Assembly: GCA_020049775.1 (NCBI GenBank)
Contig: JAGVLO010000010.1
Span: 5,910 to 69,909 of the forward strand
Length of the DNA stretch: 64,000 bases
Source: Alphaproteobacteria bacterium
GTDB lineage: Bacteria > Pseudomonadota > Alphaproteobacteria > Rickettsiales > SXRF01
Direction of reading: 5' to 3'
Shown here: positions 1-8,669 of the stretch, piece by piece
How the letters are laid out: each line of letters opens with the position of its first letter
How positions within the stretch are numbered: the stretch's first letter is position 1
Translations under genes and position numbers: made by a program
The notes under the pieces: generated by a model
The model's input: only the letters and a program-made list of their open reading frames with translations
The model's database searches: none
What the model was told of the DNA's origin: nothing

Positions 1-231
1 ATCATTTTTCTTGTCATTAATTGCTACAATAGCTTCATTGCCATTTGCCGCCCCATGCAGAAAAATCCTAGAACAATTCTGAACAATCTGCCTGTTAGTC
101 AGCACATAACCCCTGTTCACAAAAAAACCGGCGCCAACTTTATAAAGTTTATCTGTATCTTTTGCATTTGCCGCACCTGAAGCAAGTATCGCAATTGATA
201 GCAAGACCCCTGCGTTGAAAAAATGCATCAT
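1..231 (-). CDS. Partial CDS (N-terminus only, continues past window start): secreted trypsin-like (S1/DegP-type) peptidase-domain protein, possibly non-catalytic
   Basis: Not in the ORF track because it runs off the edge. Hand translation of the minus strand from ATG at 231 gives MMHFFNAGVLLSIAILASGAANAKDTDKLYKVGAGFFVNRGYVLTNRQIVQNC... This is a signal-peptide-like N-terminus followed by a GxGFFV...GYVLTN block resembling the His block of S1 peptidases, but with Gln where the catalytic His is expected. The start ATG overlaps the motB stop (ATGA). Confidence 0.4.
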   Translation of the reverse strand, partial: MMHFFNAGVLLSIAILASGAANAKDTDKLYKVGAGFFVNRGYVLTNRQIVQNCSRIFLHGAANGNEAIVAINDKKND

Positions 232-1481
232 TGTTTATCCATATTACCTGCTGCAGGTGATACTTTTTCCTCTCCCGCCGAGGGGGCCGGCGCTGGCGCA
301 GGTTTTTTGGGTTTAATATTCGGCACAGACAAAACACCGCGCCCGGCAGGCACTACTTCCGGAGTGACACTCTCCACAGGCTTTCCATTGCCAATTTCCG
401 TAAACAATGAATTATCCTTGGTTTCGTTATTCTGTGCGCCTTCGTCATTTGCCGGTGCTGTTTCTAAAGGTTTTTCTTCTTTCTTGCGCTTCACCTCGGG
501 AACGGAAAGCAGCGTACGCGTGGCAGGCGCTACATCCTTGTTCGTATCACGAAAATAAGATCCGCGCATAACAAGAATGGTGATGCGGCGATTGCGGGGA
601 TTAGTCGGCTCTTGCGGCATCAATAGTTCTTTATCTGCCTGACCTATGACCTTAAGTACGCGCTCGGGTTCAAGCTGGGTTGTTACCAAAAAACGGCGTG
701 CGGAATTTGCACGGTCCGCAGATAGTTCCCAGTTCGTATATTGCGGGTTAGGAACTGCACTGGCGGCATCGGTGTGGCCATGAATAGAGATATTGTTAGG
801 TGTTTTGGATATCACCACGGCCATAGAGTCCAGCACTTTCTTTCCAGCATCCGTCAATAATGCACCGTCTTTTTCAAACATTGGTTTTTTGCGGTCATCA
901 ATCAGATCGATTTTCATACCTTCCGGTGTCTGGGTGACAATAATGTCGTTCTGGTATTCCTTGATGTCGGGGTCTTTTTCAATCATTTGCTTGACTTGTT
1001 CTTCCGTCGATTTGAACTCCTCAATATCTGCGGTCTGGTCAAGCGTTTCACCCTTCTCGACAACCGTTTCCGTGTCGTTCGATGATTCACCTGCTTCAGT
1101 ATTCGTCTGGGTTTTAGGAGCCGGCGGTGCATTCACGGGACCCTGTGCTATGCGCCCCACCACTACCCCGGGATCAGTGGTGTCACGATTGGATTTGCCG
1201 GGCTTGCTGCTTTTCATTTTACCGCCCTGAAAACCAATACCCATAGAGTCTTTGATACCGATGGTCGGCGTAAAATAATCCGCTAAACCACGCTTTTGTT
1301 CCGGCGACGTAGCATTGATAAGCCACATCAATAGGAAGAAGGCCATCATCGCTGTCACGAAGTCTGCATACGCAACTTTCCACGCGCCGCCATGGTGTCC
1401 ATGGCCGCCCTTGATAATTTTTTTGATAATGATGGGTGCTACTTGCGGTTCTGTCATAGACTTAATTATGCCAAAGACCAC
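228..1481 (-). CDS. motB: Flagellar motor stator protein MotB (OmpA-like C-terminal domain) with a long low-complexity tail
   Basis: N-terminal GHGHHGGAWKVAYADFVTAMMAFFLLMWL (MotB TM/plug signature). OmpA-like block ISIHGHTDA...NWELSADRANSARRFL. Start is GTG at 1481 or ATG at 1457. About 105 aa of Pro/Lys/Ala-rich tail follows the OmpA domain. Confidence 0.85.
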   Translation of the reverse strand: MVFGIIKSMTEPQVAPIIIKKIIKGGHGHHGGAWKVAYADFVTAMMAFFLLMWLINATSPEQKRGLADYFTPTIGIKDSMGIGFQGGKMKSSKPGKSNRDTTDPGVVVGRIAQGPVNAPPAPKTQTNTEAGESSNDTETVVEKGETLDQTADIEEFKSTEEQVKQMIEKDPDIKEYQNDIIVTQTPEGMKIDLIDDRKKPMFEKDGALLTDAGKKVLDSMAVVISKTPNNISIHGHTDAASAVPNPQYTNWELSADRANSARRFLVTTQLEPERVLKVIGQADKELLMPQEPTNPRNRRITILVMRGSYFRDTNKDVAPATRTLLSVPEVKRKKEEKPLETAPANDEGAQNNETKDNSLFTEIGNGKPVESVTPEVVPAGRGVLSVPNIKPKKPAPAPAPSAGEEKVSPAAGNMDKQ

Positions 1482-1587
1482 TTAAAAACTGGTTAGCATA
1501 ATCCGTCCAACACATATAAAATATTATTATAAAACAGCCCATTCAGACTATGGGCGGTAATTGAAGGCCGTAAAGACACAAAAATAA

Positions 1588-2217
1588 CTATATTTTGCGG
1601 AACACCCACACATGCGCCGGCGGCACATTGGTCATCACCATTTTGGTGCGCTTGGCATACATACCGCAGCTTTCCAGCTGCTTTTTGCTGATAGGCGATT
1701 TAATGCCATAGGTGAACTGAACCACCAACCCGTCCTTGTCTATTACCCTTGCCATTTGTTCCTGAATCGCCTTGCCGACGGGTTTTGGAATGGTCAGGAA
1801 AGGAATGCTGGAGAGAATGGCACATACCTTTGTAATCTTGTGAGTTGTCAGCAATTCCTGCAGGTTTACAGCGTCCTCGCATAGCACGGTAAGGTCTGGA
1901 AACTGTGTTACCAGTGTGGCGTGCAGCTTGGGGTCGCGCTCGATAACAAGCAACCGTTCCGGCGGGATACCAGCTTCCAGCAGCGCATGTGTCATCACGC
2001 CCGTACCAGCGCCAAGCTCGATGATAGCGCCAGATTTATCAGTATCAATTTCTGCAACCATAGCTTTGGCCAGACGGCGTGAGCTGGGAAGCAGCGCCCC
2101 CATACCCATAGGCGAGCGAACCCACGCAGCAATAAAATGGTGACGCTTACGCTTGTGCCTGTTATTCGGCTGAGCCTTTTTTGGCGCGCGTTTACGGCTG
2201 GGGATTTTTTTATTCAT
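1588..2217 (-). CDS. Class I SAM-dependent methyltransferase (COG3963-like, phospholipid N-methyltransferase-like)
   Basis: ELGAGTGVMT motif I and a basic N-terminus followed by a WVRSP..MGALLPSSRRLAKAM block typical of this family. ATG at 2217 is preferred over the ORF-track start at 2232. Confidence 0.65.
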   Translation of the reverse strand: MNKKIPSRKRAPKKAQPNNRHKRKRHHFIAAWVRSPMGMGALLPSSRRLAKAMVAEIDTDKSGAIIELGAGTGVMTHALLEAGIPPERLLVIERDPKLHATLVTQFPDLTVLCEDAVNLQELLTTHKITKVCAILSSIPFLTIPKPVGKAIQEQMARVIDKDGLVVQFTYGIKSPISKKQLESCGMYAKRTKMVMTNVPPAHVWVFRKI

Positions 2218-3031
2218 TAGCAGAGATGGCATTTTTAATCTGTTTGATAGCAGCTTCCTGTTTCAATCCAAGGTACCGGCGCCCATATTTGGCTGATGCC
2301 TGAGTGGAGTCACCCATCGCCCCCGTATTCTTGTAATCGCGCTCGGTATAGGCAAGCCTGAGATTATCACGCACACCACCCGGGTCAAGCGCCATCATTT
2401 CCGAGGTCTCGATATGGCCAGCATGTACCTCAGGCGAAGGTACTTTTATGCCCGCCTGATCGCTCCATTCCTCTTGTCCGTTGCGGCCAAAGTAATGGGA
2501 AACATTGATAACCCGTACCCCTTCGCTATGCCACATGGAGGTCAGCTTGTCCGCCACCTGTTGCTGGATGCTCTGGCTTCCGCGGTGTTCCCCGATGAAA
2601 CATATGTAGCGGAAACCATGCTGTTTGAGGCTGTGGGCAGTATCTTCAAGGATACCGGCATAAGTTTCCTGACTTACGGAAAATGTACCCGGAAACTGCA
2701 TATGCCCCTCCGGTGGAGAAATACGCCCTTCCGGTGCATAATTGACGACCGGTGCCACCAACCCGTTCACGCCCTGCGCAATTTGTCCGGCGGTGTAGCG
2801 CACCACTATATTCTGCCTGCCGGTTGCCAGATGCGGGCCGCCCTGCTCCGTGCCGCCGGTCGGTACAATGGCCGTCACCGTACCGGTGCGGATTTTGCTC
2901 TGGATTTCCTTCCATGTCAGGTCTTCCATAAAGACTGATGAGCCAGACCCCATGCCAATCGCATAGGCTGGCAGCGCCCAAAAGCACAAGGTCCACACTA
3001 TCAGCATCCGTTGCGGTGTTCTTATTGTCAT
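2210..3031 (-). CDS. Creatininase-family amidohydrolase with N-terminal signal peptide
   Basis: LTWKEI...AIVPTGGTEQGGPHL block matches the creatininase family metal-site region. The N-terminus MLIVWTLCFWALPAYA looks like a Sec signal. Confidence 0.65.
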   Translation of the reverse strand: MTIRTPQRMLIVWTLCFWALPAYAIGMGSGSSVFMEDLTWKEIQSKIRTGTVTAIVPTGGTEQGGPHLATGRQNIVVRYTAGQIAQGVNGLVAPVVNYAPEGRISPPEGHMQFPGTFSVSQETYAGILEDTAHSLKQHGFRYICFIGEHRGSQSIQQQVADKLTSMWHSEGVRVINVSHYFGRNGQEEWSDQAGIKVPSPEVHAGHIETSEMMALDPGGVRDNLRLAYTERDYKNTGAMGDSTQASAKYGRRYLGLKQEAAIKQIKNAISANE

Positions 3032-3101
3032 TCCCTTATCCTCGTATTACGGTAGTGTTCAATTTTATGTGTATTTTGGCGCATCCTAACATTGTTTTTC
3101 C

Positions 3102-3734
3102 ATGGATAAAGCAAAAGTTGATACCCTGTTTTCGAAGCTAGCGGCGGCCAATCCCCACCCTAAAACCGAACTGACCTGCAGCAATGACTTTACCCTGCTG
3201 GTGGCCATCGTGCTTTCGGCTCAGGCCACCGACGTGGGGGTAAACAAGGCTACACCGGCCCTTTTTGCTGTGGCCGATACACCTAAAAAAATGCTGTCGC
3301 TGGGCGAAGACGGACTGAAGCGCTACATCAAAACCATTGGGCTTTTTAACGCAAAAGCCAAGAATATCATCGGCCTTAGCGAAAAGCTTTTAAAGGAATA
3401 TGATGGAAAAGTGCCGCATACGCGTGAAGCGCTGCAAAGCCTGCCCGGTGTTGGTCGCAAAACCGCCAATGTATGGCTGAACTGTGCGCTTGGCATACCC
3501 ACCATCGCCGTTGATACCCATGTGTTCCGCGTCGCCAACCGCATCGGCCTGTGCAAGACCAAAACACCGGACGCCACCGAAGACGCGCTCGAAAAAGCTA
3601 TTCCCGCCAAGTGGAAACAGCACGCCCACCATTGGCTGATATTGCACGGACGTTATGTGTGCAAGGCGCGCAAGCCCGATTGCCCCAATTGCATTATCCG
3701 GCAGCATTGCGAATTTAAGCAAAAAGCCACCTGA
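3102..3734 (+). CDS. nth: Endonuclease III (DNA-(apurinic/apyrimidinic site) lyase)
   Basis: HhH-GPD region LPGVGRKTANVWLN, DTHVFRVANRIGL, and a C-terminal 4Fe-4S cluster CKARKPDCPNCIIRQHC. Confidence 0.93.
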   Translation: MDKAKVDTLFSKLAAANPHPKTELTCSNDFTLLVAIVLSAQATDVGVNKATPALFAVADTPKKMLSLGEDGLKRYIKTIGLFNAKAKNIIGLSEKLLKEYDGKVPHTREALQSLPGVGRKTANVWLNCALGIPTIAVDTHVFRVANRIGLCKTKTPDATEDALEKAIPAKWKQHAHHWLILHGRYVCKARKPDCPNCIIRQHCEFKQKAT

Positions 3735-3842
3735 TTAGTCATTGTATTTCAGCGTACTGGATCTACTTAGCTGTTATAAAAGCTTCATAATCCGCAAGCC
3801 GGGTTTGTGATAAAATAAAAAGAAAACAGTAAGGGACATGGC

Positions 3843-4064
3843 ATGACACCGAAAGAACCCTACGATCCGGCAAGCCCAAGAGGGACTGGTATAGAAAAAA
3901 TCAAAGGAATGGCAATCGATGAAGTAGCAGTCAATGTTACAAAAATCGTATCGCCACTGGCAGCCATCGGCGTTGCAATAGGAGTACAGCAACCGCAGCT
4001 ACAAGGTCCGCCGCCGGAAACACCACCGGTAAACACCAGCCCGGTTTCAAATCGTAGCAAATAA
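3843..4064 (+). CDS. Hypothetical small protein (73 aa), weakly supported
   Basis: Only plausible ORF in the 330-nt gap between convergent nth and nadE. AAGGGA lies 6 nt upstream of the ATG. It has a hydrophobic stretch IVSPLAAIGVAIGV and a Pro-rich tail. No family recognised. Confidence 0.25.
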   Translation: MTPKEPYDPASPRGTGIEKIKGMAIDEVAVNVTKIVSPLAAIGVAIGVQQPQLQGPPPETPPVNTSPVSNRSK

Positions 4065-4066
4065 TT

Positions 4067-5701
4067 TTAGAACTTATTAGTCAGCGGATAGCGCCTGTCT
4101 CTGCCAAACAGCATGGCCGACAGCTTGACACCCGGACAGGACTGACGGCGTTTATATTCATTCATGCGCACTAGCCGCAGTACTTTTTCTACCACGTCTT
4201 TTGCAAAGCCCTTGGTAATGATTTCTTCTGCCGACTGCCTACCCTCGATATGCAGCTCAAGGATTTTGTCCAGCATACTGTAAGGTGGCAGCTGGTCTTC
4301 ATCCTTCTGGCCGGGGGCAAGCTCGGCGGTCGGCGCTTTGGTGATGCTGCGTTCCGGTATCGCCCTGCCCTTGGCGTTACGCCATTTTGCCAGCGCATAG
4401 ACCTGTGTCTTGTACAAATCTTTGATAACATTGTAGCCGCCGCAGGAATCGCCGTAAAGCGTGCTGTAGCCAACGGCAAGTTCTGACTTATTGCCGGTGG
4501 AAAGCAGCATCCAGCCAAATTTGTTGCTCAGCGCCATCAGCGTGATGCCGCGCAGCCGCGCCTGCAGGTTACCGCCGATAGCGGTGTCTGTCATCCAGCC
4601 GCCATCCTGAAATACCGGCGTCAGTGTTTCTTCAAACGTCTCCATGCCGTCAGTAATGGGGATTTCCATGGTGCGTATGCCAAGCAGCCGCGCCGTTTCC
4701 TGCGCGTCATCCGTGCTGTCCTGCGAGGTATAGTGCGAAGGCAGCAGCACGCCCGTTACACGGTCTGCGCCCAGCGCATCCACGGCGAGCGCAGCAGTCA
4801 GCGCGGAGTCAATGCCACCCGACAATCCCAGCACCACGCCGGAAAAACGGTTCTTGCCCACATAATCAAACAAGCCTTGCTTCATGGCGCTCCAGAGTGT
4901 TTCTTCTGTTGCCATGGCCGCACCATGTGAAGCTGATGATGCACTCCAGCCCTGTGCTGTTTTTGCCAATTCCACCATGTAGTGCGCTGCACTGAACTCG
5001 GGCAACTGCACCTCGATTTTACCCGCGACTGAGGCGACGAACGAACCGCCGTCAAACACAATATCATCCTGCGCGCCAGCCATATTGACATAGACCACAG
5101 GCAAGCCTGTGTGCTGTGCGGCCTGCACCACCTTCTGGTAACGGTGCGTAAGTTTTCCTGCTTCAAACGGCGAAGCGTTGATGACAATCGCTATGTCTGC
5201 TTTCTGCGATTTCAGCCCTTCCGCCATGTCATGATGCCACACATCCTCGCAGATAAGTACGCCAAGGCGCAAACCATTCCACTCAACTACCTTGGTGCCA
5301 CTGCCTGCGGTAAACAGGCGCTTCTCATCAAAGATGCCCTCGTTAGGCAGCATGGTTTTATATTGCACATGCGCGATTTTACCGCCACTGCACAATAGCG
5401 CCGCATTATAGGCTTTATCATTTTCTTCCCACACACAGCCAAACAACATGGCTGTATCTTTGGTGGTTTTTTTGGCAAGTGATTGCGCCGTTTGCATGGC
5501 CTGCTTGCGGAAGTCCGGCGATAAAATCAAATCTTCCGGCGGATATCCCACCAGCGCCATTTCCGGAAACACCACAAGGCCTGCGCCTTGTTTGGCCGCC
5601 TGCTGATAATATCGTTCAATCATGGAAGCGTTGCCCGCAAGGTCGCCTACCGTCGGGTTCATCTGGACGATAGCAAGCGATATGCGGTCGGCGGCGGGCA
5701 T
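4067..5701 (-). CDS. nadE: Glutamine-dependent NAD+ synthetase (CN-hydrolase + NAD synthase domains)
   Basis: N-terminal nitrilase-type domain (VVFPEMALVGYPPEDL, LICEDVWH). C-terminal PP-loop GLSGGIDSAL. 544 aa, the two-domain form. Confidence 0.92.
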   Translation of the reverse strand: MPAADRISLAIVQMNPTVGDLAGNASMIERYYQQAAKQGAGLVVFPEMALVGYPPEDLILSPDFRKQAMQTAQSLAKKTTKDTAMLFGCVWEENDKAYNAALLCSGGKIAHVQYKTMLPNEGIFDEKRLFTAGSGTKVVEWNGLRLGVLICEDVWHHDMAEGLKSQKADIAIVINASPFEAGKLTHRYQKVVQAAQHTGLPVVYVNMAGAQDDIVFDGGSFVASVAGKIEVQLPEFSAAHYMVELAKTAQGWSASSASHGAAMATEETLWSAMKQGLFDYVGKNRFSGVVLGLSGGIDSALTAALAVDALGADRVTGVLLPSHYTSQDSTDDAQETARLLGIRTMEIPITDGMETFEETLTPVFQDGGWMTDTAIGGNLQARLRGITLMALSNKFGWMLLSTGNKSELAVGYSTLYGDSCGGYNVIKDLYKTQVYALAKWRNAKGRAIPERSITKAPTAELAPGQKDEDQLPPYSMLDKILELHIEGRQSAEEIITKGFAKDVVEKVLRLVRMNEYKRRQSCPGVKLSAMLFGRDRRYPLTNKF

Positions 5702-6630
5702 TATTTCGAGAGCAGCTTTTCGAGTTCAGGCAGCGCAGTCTGCCAGTCGGCGACCAGCCCGTAATCGGCGATTTCAAAAATCGGCGCATTTTCATCTTTG
5801 TTGATAGCGACAATCACCTTGCTGTCTTTCATCCCTGCGAGATGCTGGATAGCACCGGAAATACCGATGGCAATATAAAGGTCAGGTGCAACCACTTTTC
5901 CGGTCTGCCCCACCTGATAATCGTTGGGTACAAAGCCCGCATCCACCGCCGCGCGCGATGCACCGATGCCAGCGCCAAGCTTGTCAGCCAAAGCTTCCAG
6001 CAATTTGAAATTCTCTGCCGAACCAAGCCCGCGTCCGCCGGAAACCACAATGCGCGCCGAAGCCAGTTCGGGACGTTCGGACTTGCTTTCCTGCAAATCC
6101 ACAAAGGATGAAAGGCCGCTGTCCGGTGTAGCGGGAATATTTTCCATCGCAGCATTACCGCCAGCTGCCGCAGGTGAAAACGCCGTCTGGCGCACGGTGA
6201 TGAATTTGATTTTATCTTTCGACTGCACCGTCTCCAGCGCATTGCCCGCATATACGGGGCGCACGAACGTATCAGCAGCCACCACCAGCGTGATTTCCGA
6301 CACCTGAGACATATCGCAGAGCGCCGCTGCACGCGGCATGATGTCTTTGGCGGTCGTGGTGGCCGCGGCCAGCACATGCGTATAGTTTTTTGCAATTGAA
6401 GCCACTAGCGGCGCGATATTTTCTGCCAGCGGCCATGCGTAATACGCCGCGTCCGACACCAGTACCTTTGTTACACCTGCAACCGATGCAGCCTGCTTCG
6501 CTGCTTCTGCACAATTGTGGCCTGCCACCAGTACATGTACATCACCGCCCAGCTGCGTTGCCGCTGTTACCGCGTTGCGCGTGGCGCTGCCCAGCGCGTT
6601 GTTATTATGTTCTGCAATGACAAGAATCAT
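5701..6630 (-). CDS. etfA: Electron transfer flavoprotein alpha subunit
   Basis: C-terminal FAD-binding signature [19 protein letters not shown]. 4-nt overlap with etfB and 1-nt overlap with the nadE start. Confidence 0.95.
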   Translation of the reverse strand: MILVIAEHNNNALGSATRNAVTAATQLGGDVHVLVAGHNCAEAAKQAASVAGVTKVLVSDAAYYAWPLAENIAPLVASIAKNYTHVLAAATTTAKDIMPRAAALCDMSQVSEITLVVAADTFVRPVYAGNALETVQSKDKIKFITVRQTAFSPAAAGGNAAMENIPATPDSGLSSFVDLQESKSERPELASARIVVSGGRGLGSAENFKLLEALADKLGAGIGASRAAVDAGFVPNDYQVGQTGKVVAPDLYIAIGISGAIQHLAGMKDSKVIVAINKDENAPIFEIADYGLVADWQTALPELEKLLSK

Positions 6631-7376
6631 ATGACCTTTGCCTCGTTCCTGAGCTTGTTCACCAGTTCCTCGACCGAGCCAACCTTGGCGCCGCCTTTGC
6701 GTTTCTTTGGTTCTTCCGCTTTCTGGAAAGCGATGCGCGGAGTCGTATCCACACCCAGTTCCTGTGCTGTCATTTTTACCAGTGGTTTGCTGCGCGCCTT
6801 CATGATGTTGGGCAGCGTGGCATAGCGTGGTTCATTCAGGCGCAAGTCAGTGGTCACCACCGCCGGAAGTTTGAGCTTCACTGTGACAAGCCCACCGTCA
6901 ATTTCACGCGTGACCGTGGCATGGCCACCTTCTACTACCAGCTTTGAGGCAAATGTTCCCTGACCCCAGCCTAGCAGCGCTGCGAGCATCTGCCCTGTCT
7001 GGTTGCAGTCGTCATCAATCGCCTGTTTTCCGGTAATGATGATGTGCGGCTGCTCCTTATCGGCAAGCGCTTTGAGTAATTTGGCTGCTGCCAATGGTTG
7101 TATCTCACCATCGGCAGCAATATGAACGGCACGGTCCGCACCCATGGCAAGCGCTGAACGCAGCACTTCCTGTACGGTATCTGCACCGATAGAAACCACA
7201 ACCACTTCCGTAGCAATAGCTTTTTCTTTTAAACGAACCGCTTCTTCGACGGCGATTTCGTCAAACGGGTTCATCGACATTTTAACATTGGCGGTATCTA
7301 CGCCAGAACCATCCGGCTTCACGCGGATACGCACGTTGTAATCAACCACACGTTTAACTGCGACCAGAATTTTCAT
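6627..7376 (-). CDS. etfB: Electron transfer flavoprotein beta subunit
   Basis: [19 protein letters not shown]... and the typical ETF-beta C-terminal arm [17 protein letters not shown]. Confidence 0.95.
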   Translation of the reverse strand: MKILVAVKRVVDYNVRIRVKPDGSGVDTANVKMSMNPFDEIAVEEAVRLKEKAIATEVVVVSIGADTVQEVLRSALAMGADRAVHIAADGEIQPLAAAKLLKALADKEQPHIIITGKQAIDDDCNQTGQMLAALLGWGQGTFASKLVVEGGHATVTREIDGGLVTVKLKLPAVVTTDLRLNEPRYATLPNIMKARSKPLVKMTAQELGVDTTPRIAFQKAEEPKKRKGGAKVGSVEELVNKLRNEAKVI

Positions 7377-7436
7377 GAATTTCTTCTTGGCTTAAGTTGG
7401 TGAAGCCTATCTGTTAGCATAGACTAACACGCGGTT

Positions 7437-8000
7437 CTACCTATTTATTCCGGGTTCCCACAACACATCGGCCGCGCCGTTGTTGTTGGCCACACGCGAC
7501 AGCACAAACAGGAAATCCGACAGGCGGTTCAAATATTCAATGGCAAACGGGTTGATTTTCTCTTTTTCGGCCAGTTCGCATACAATGCGCTCGGCACGGC
7601 GCACCACGGTTCGTGCAAGATGCAGGTGTGCAGCAAACGCGCTACCGCCGGGAAGCACAAAAGAATCCAGCGGCGTGAGCCATTCATTCATCAGATCTAT
7701 TTCCTGCTCAAGGCGCACCACCTGTTTGCTGGCGATGCGTAATGCCTTGTCCTCGCCCTTGGCATAGACCGTGGAAAGGTCGGCGCCGAGATCAAACAAA
7801 TCATGCTGTATGCGCTTTAGGTTGATGTCATAGGTCTTAGCACCGTCATGCAGCCGCGCCACGCCGATGAAGGAGTTCGCCTCATCCACCGTGCCATAGG
7901 CTTTTACGCGCAGGTCATATTTCGGACGGCGCTCACCACCAACAAGGCCTGTGTCGCCCTTGTCGCCTGTACGTGTGTAAATTTTATTGAGCTTGACCAT
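7437..8000 (-). CDS. PduO/MMAB-type ATP:cob(I)alamin adenosyltransferase
   Basis: N-terminal KIYTRTGDKGDTGL and YGTVDEANSFIG motifs of the PduO-type family. 187 aa. Confidence 0.88.
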   Translation of the reverse strand: MVKLNKIYTRTGDKGDTGLVGGERRPKYDLRVKAYGTVDEANSFIGVARLHDGAKTYDINLKRIQHDLFDLGADLSTVYAKGEDKALRIASKQVVRLEQEIDLMNEWLTPLDSFVLPGGSAFAAHLHLARTVVRRAERIVCELAEKEKINPFAIEYLNRLSDFLFVLSRVANNNGAADVLWEPGINR

Positions 8001-8009
8001 TTGCGGGTA

Positions 8010-8201
8010 TTATTTACCCAGCATAAACATTAATGCAAGCATCACTAGCGCCATGCCCTGAAGTGATACACGCGCGACCATCAGCTTGTTGCCATATTTT
8101 ACGTTGGCAGGGCCACCAATGCCCATCAGTGCAATGCCCGCTATCAGCACGCCGAACGTTGCCAGTATTAGGGCAATAATGAGGTAATCTGCGACGGACA
8201 T
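8010..8201 (-). CDS. Twin transmembrane-helix small protein (HIG1-domain family)
   Basis: 63 aa, two hydrophobic helices separated by GGPANVKYGNKLMVARV, as in the alphaproteobacterial HIG1-like family. Confidence 0.7.
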   Translation of the reverse strand: MSVADYLIIALILATFGVLIAGIALMGIGGPANVKYGNKLMVARVSLQGMALVMLALMFMLGK

Positions 8202-8409
8202 ATCAGCCTCCTGCCGAAAAGTCTTGAATTGGTGGGATAGGCATTATGCCATGACTGTCCCGATATGCAACAAACCATTGGTAATTCACCATTATGCGGC
8301 GCTGCACAATATAATTATCGCAGAAATACAGAGCGATAGGATTGCTGCACTTGCGAAACCCCGCAATAATCCATGCATTTCTTAGTGTATAGTTAGCGTA
8401 TCGATTGAA

Positions 8410-8598
8410 TTAGTGTGAACTGCCGGCTTTCTGGCCAGAAAGCAACTTGAGACGGTAAAGACGGCTGCAATAGGGGCAGGTAATTTCGCCCTTGTCCTGA
8501 TCGATATGCAAAAACACGCGCGGGTGGCCCATAGAGCCGCCGCCGCCATCGCATTTCACTTCAAGGGATGATACTTCGATAATTTCAAACGGTTTCAT
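8410..8598 (-). CDS. zf-CHCC zinc-finger small protein (NDUFS6 C-terminal-like)
   Basis: VKCDGGGGSMGHPRVFLHID...ITCPYCSRLY. ATG at 8598 is preceded by AAGGA; the ORF-track start at 8619 is a TTG. Confidence 0.75.
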   Translation of the reverse strand: MKPFEIIEVSSLEVKCDGGGGSMGHPRVFLHIDQDKGEITCPYCSRLYRLKLLSGQKAGSSH

Positions 8599-8669
8599 TT
8601 CGCTGCTATCCTTACACAAGGCTGATGCAGGGTATGATATACGGGAAAGCTTTTATTTTCTCAAGTAGT

